DNA of 64,000 nucleotides from an uncultured Candidatus Rokubacteria bacterium (GTDB lineage Bacteria; Methylomirabilota; Methylomirabilia; Rokubacteriales; CSP1-6): NCBI GenBank assembly GCA_963754315.1, contig CAVWFS010000015.1, positions 216,458 to 280,457 of the forward strand, read 5' to 3'. Shown piece by piece: positions 61,689 to 64,000 of this stretch (position 1 is its first letter; each line of letters starts with the position of its first letter). The notes under the pieces were generated by a model. It saw only the letters and a program-made list of their open reading frames with translations, ran no database searches and was not told where the DNA came from. The position numbers and the translations under genes were made by a program.

Positions 61689-61918
61689 ACCCGACCAAAC
61701 TTGCGCCGTTCGTTGGTGGCAGCCCTTCGGCCCCCGGCCAGGCTACCAGCCAGGTCGGAGGTCACCGCGAAGACGGATCGTCCCCCACGATCCTGATCTG
61801 CCTCCACCCGCGCCCGAACAAGCGCGGCGACACTCCGTCCAGTCGCTCGGGCCTCTTGCCTGAGTCTCCGCAACGTCACGTCCGGAAGCTTAATCGTAAT
61901 GCCCTTCATGGCGGCCAT
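61685..61918 (-). CDS. CopG/RHH antitoxin
   Basis: ITIKLPDVTLRRLRQEARATGRSVAALVR; GTGA overlap with toxin. Confidence 0.87.
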   Translation of the reverse strand: MAAMKGITIKLPDVTLRRLRQEARATGRSVAALVRARVEADQDRGGRSVFAVTSDLAGSLAGGRRAATNERRKFGRV

Positions 61919-62019
61919 AACGATCAGCGTAACCCGATCATGTCAGCATGGCAACACCGCCTCACCGCCGGCTGTTGGCGATAGAAATGTCATGCCTAAT
62001 CTAACTGCCCGTGAAAATG

Positions 62020-62354
62020 TCATTCCATGATCACGGCATCGGTCGCAGTGGGTTCACCGGCGGTGCTCCAGTGCACCGCTTCGAACCCGCGCTCCTCCAG
62101 GAACCTGACCCAGGTGGGGGACAGGTTCATGTCGAGGAGGAGCTTCATGGGAGAGGTAGTTCGACTTCCTCGGTGCGCCAGGCGGCGTACGACAGCGCCG
62201 CGCGAATGTCGTCGGCTCTCGGCCACCATGGGTGGGAATCATCACGGCCGGCCATCGGGGTGGTTCCAGCGCTCGCGGCTTCCGGTCTGTCGACGCCAAC
62301 GAAGCCGAGCTGACTCGCCACGCGCTGGAACTCCCGCGCGGTGGCGCTAGGCAT
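62020..62354 (-). pseudogene. Telescoped TA relics: HicA-like 5' part, DUF433 3' part, DUF5615 5' part
   Basis: MPSATAREFQRVASQLGF..RQTGSRERWNHPDGR / ADDIRAALSYAAWRTEEVELPLP* / MKLLLDMNLSPTWVRFL..AVHWS. Confidence 0.8.
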
Positions 62355-62495
62355 TCACGAGGCGCTCGACCGGCCGCCACGGGGTTGATTGGGCGAGCGA
62401 TCGTATGCCCGCGCATCACGGGGAGGCGGATTTCTTCCCAACGCGCCGCATGGGTACCCGACGGGGCCGGCCCCACTATCGGATCGTAGGGTCTG

Positions 62496-62591
62496 GTGAA
62501 GGTGGTGGGGGCCGCGCGGCGGGGTGGCCGAAGCCAGGTCGGCTGCATCATCCTGGATCGCGGCGAGGACGAGAAGAAGGCCGAGGAGTAG
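62496..62591 (+). repeat. Diverged fragment of the DUF2090 gene (matches 25593-25688)
   Basis: [31 protein letters not shown]. Confidence 0.9.
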
Positions 62592-62851
62592 CCGCCATAG
62601 CCTGCGAGCCGCACTGTCGTGCTCTGGCGCTGCGGCAGCCGGTAGTCATGGCCCGGCTTGTCGCGGCTGCCCTACTGGCGGTCTCCTTTCTTGGGGGTGT
62701 GCAAGGTTCCGGCGTTGGCTGAGAGCCCGCGCCCACCAGAGGTGCATAAGGTCCTAGGGGTTTTGAACGTGGGTTGCTGCACGTCCAGGGGTATGGCGAA
62801 GGAGAGCTCTGCAATTCGCTTATTCTCTCTTCGGGCGCGAGTTCGCTTGCG

Positions 62852-63720
62852 TTACTGCGGCGCGGTTGAACACTGTACAAAGTTGCTGCCATTGATGACG
62901 GTCGTTCCACCGCCGGCCGGATTCTGGCTGTCTATGTAGTTCTCGACGTCTACATTGCTGGGCGGATTCTGCGGAATGCCCTGGATACCAAAATCGTTCG
63001 TGCCGGCTACCGTCCCCTGCTTGCGCACCCCGATGCCGGTCGCGCCGTTGCTGCCCGCACTAGTGTTGCTGGAGATGTTCAAACAGATAGCGTCATCGGC
63101 GCTCGATGCGTTGCCGGCATCCAGGCGGATGCCATCGCGCGCTGAACCGCCGTCATTGTTCGGCGCCTCGACGTTGTTGCCGGTGATCTTCATCTTGGCG
63201 ATGCCGCTGGTACCGCGCCCGACGAGCAGAATCCCATTACCGTTCGTGTCCGTGATGACGTTGTTGGTGACGGTCAAGGTGAGATCCGTGTCCACGCATT
63301 GCCGGCGCCTGCCACGCCGTTACCGCCAGCGATACCGTTGCCTCCACCGCCGGCATCCCCGGGAGTATGGTTGGCATCGATAACGTTGTTATTGACCGTC
63401 CCCGTCATCGTCGCGTAGCCATTGTTCCCGATGAGGACGACCGTGCCGATCAAGCTGCCCGTGAGCGGGTTGGCGGTTGGCGCCGAGCAGCCGCCCGTGT
63501 TCTTGCCGTTGCACTCGATGAGGAAGTTGGTCCGGGTTGACCCGCTGTTCCCCCCGGAGTTCGCCACCGTGATCGCCTGGGTGCCTGTCCCGTCGAGCGT
63601 GACCGAATTGTTGGTGATGTCAATCCTGTTGTTGGTATCACCGGGAATCCCCGCCGTAGCCCCTGGCCCAACGGCGTTCGAGTTTCCGATCGAAATCTGC
63701 ACTCCGTTGCCGCCGGAACG
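62852..63720 (-). pseudogene. C-terminal part of a large Asn/Gly/Thr-rich beta-helix surface protein; frameshift ~63295, 5' end missing
   Basis: ITNNSVT, VNNNVID, VTNNVIT, ITGNNVE, ICLNISSNTSAG turns; lower GC than flanks. Confidence 0.7.
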
Positions 63721-64000
63721 AACGGCTGTCCTTTGCGGATCTGCTGGCGCTCTTCGATCGGAGCCTGGCCGGCTACACCGGAACTGCCGCGGGGGTTCTT
63801 CGCTGTGCCCGTGGGCGCATGCTGCTTCATGGCCTGGGCCGGATCGGGCGCGCGAGTACGTCCCCGGCTGGAGCATGAGTACGCCGGTCACCCGACTCTG
63901 TCGCCGCACATCGCCATCCTGGCCGACGAGATCGATCGCTGGCCGCGCGCCGGTTCGCCGTACGAGGGGTTCTACAACGTGGTGTGAATTGCCGCGAGCA

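Noticed and set aside
26800..62600. Integron with attC sites explaining the TA array
   Set aside because: Only isolated core-like words (GTTGAAC on the minus strand near 27120, CATAAC 55828, TCTAAC near 60700), with no paired R/L boxes, no repeated site family and no IntI in the window.
63733..63987. Plus-strand 84-aa ORF at the right edge
   Set aside because: Looks like a C-terminal fragment with no start signal or recognisable family; cannot be assigned.

Overview
GC-rich bacterial DNA. Gene style suggests a large-genome soil lineage such as Candidatus Rokubacteria, but this is inference only. I found no rRNA, tRNA, CRISPR array, integrase or transposase. The left part (1-25.9 kb) is mostly intact metabolic genes: an ECF sigma factor coupled to an ORF the track missed (ZAS anti-sigma fused to Ogt and an Ada-type Zn domain), sseA, a PrpB-like lyase, a thiolase, a sugar ABC transporter, an acyl-CoA ligase, ndh, and a gnd-zwf-phosphatase-tal-pgi-DUF2090 cluster. 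Downstream of DUF2090 lies a ~38 kb accessory patchwork. It holds six intact toxin-antitoxin pairs (a seventh, HepT/MntA, is at 18 kb), many telescoped TA relics, and short diverged copies of neighbouring genes whose differences are mostly synonymous, which points to an integrase-free accretion hotspot. Its cargo includes a hidden AhpD-family selenoprotein (in-frame UGA in CxxU plus a SECIS-like hairpin) next to an ArsR regulator and operator, a wHTH-STAND-TPR regulator divergent from a leukocidin-like/IPT secreted protein, a DUF4062-nSTAND-TM-YD-like repeat-PDZ receptor, and two giant secreted proteins. Frameshifts are dense beyond ~43 kb and may be long-read consensus errors.
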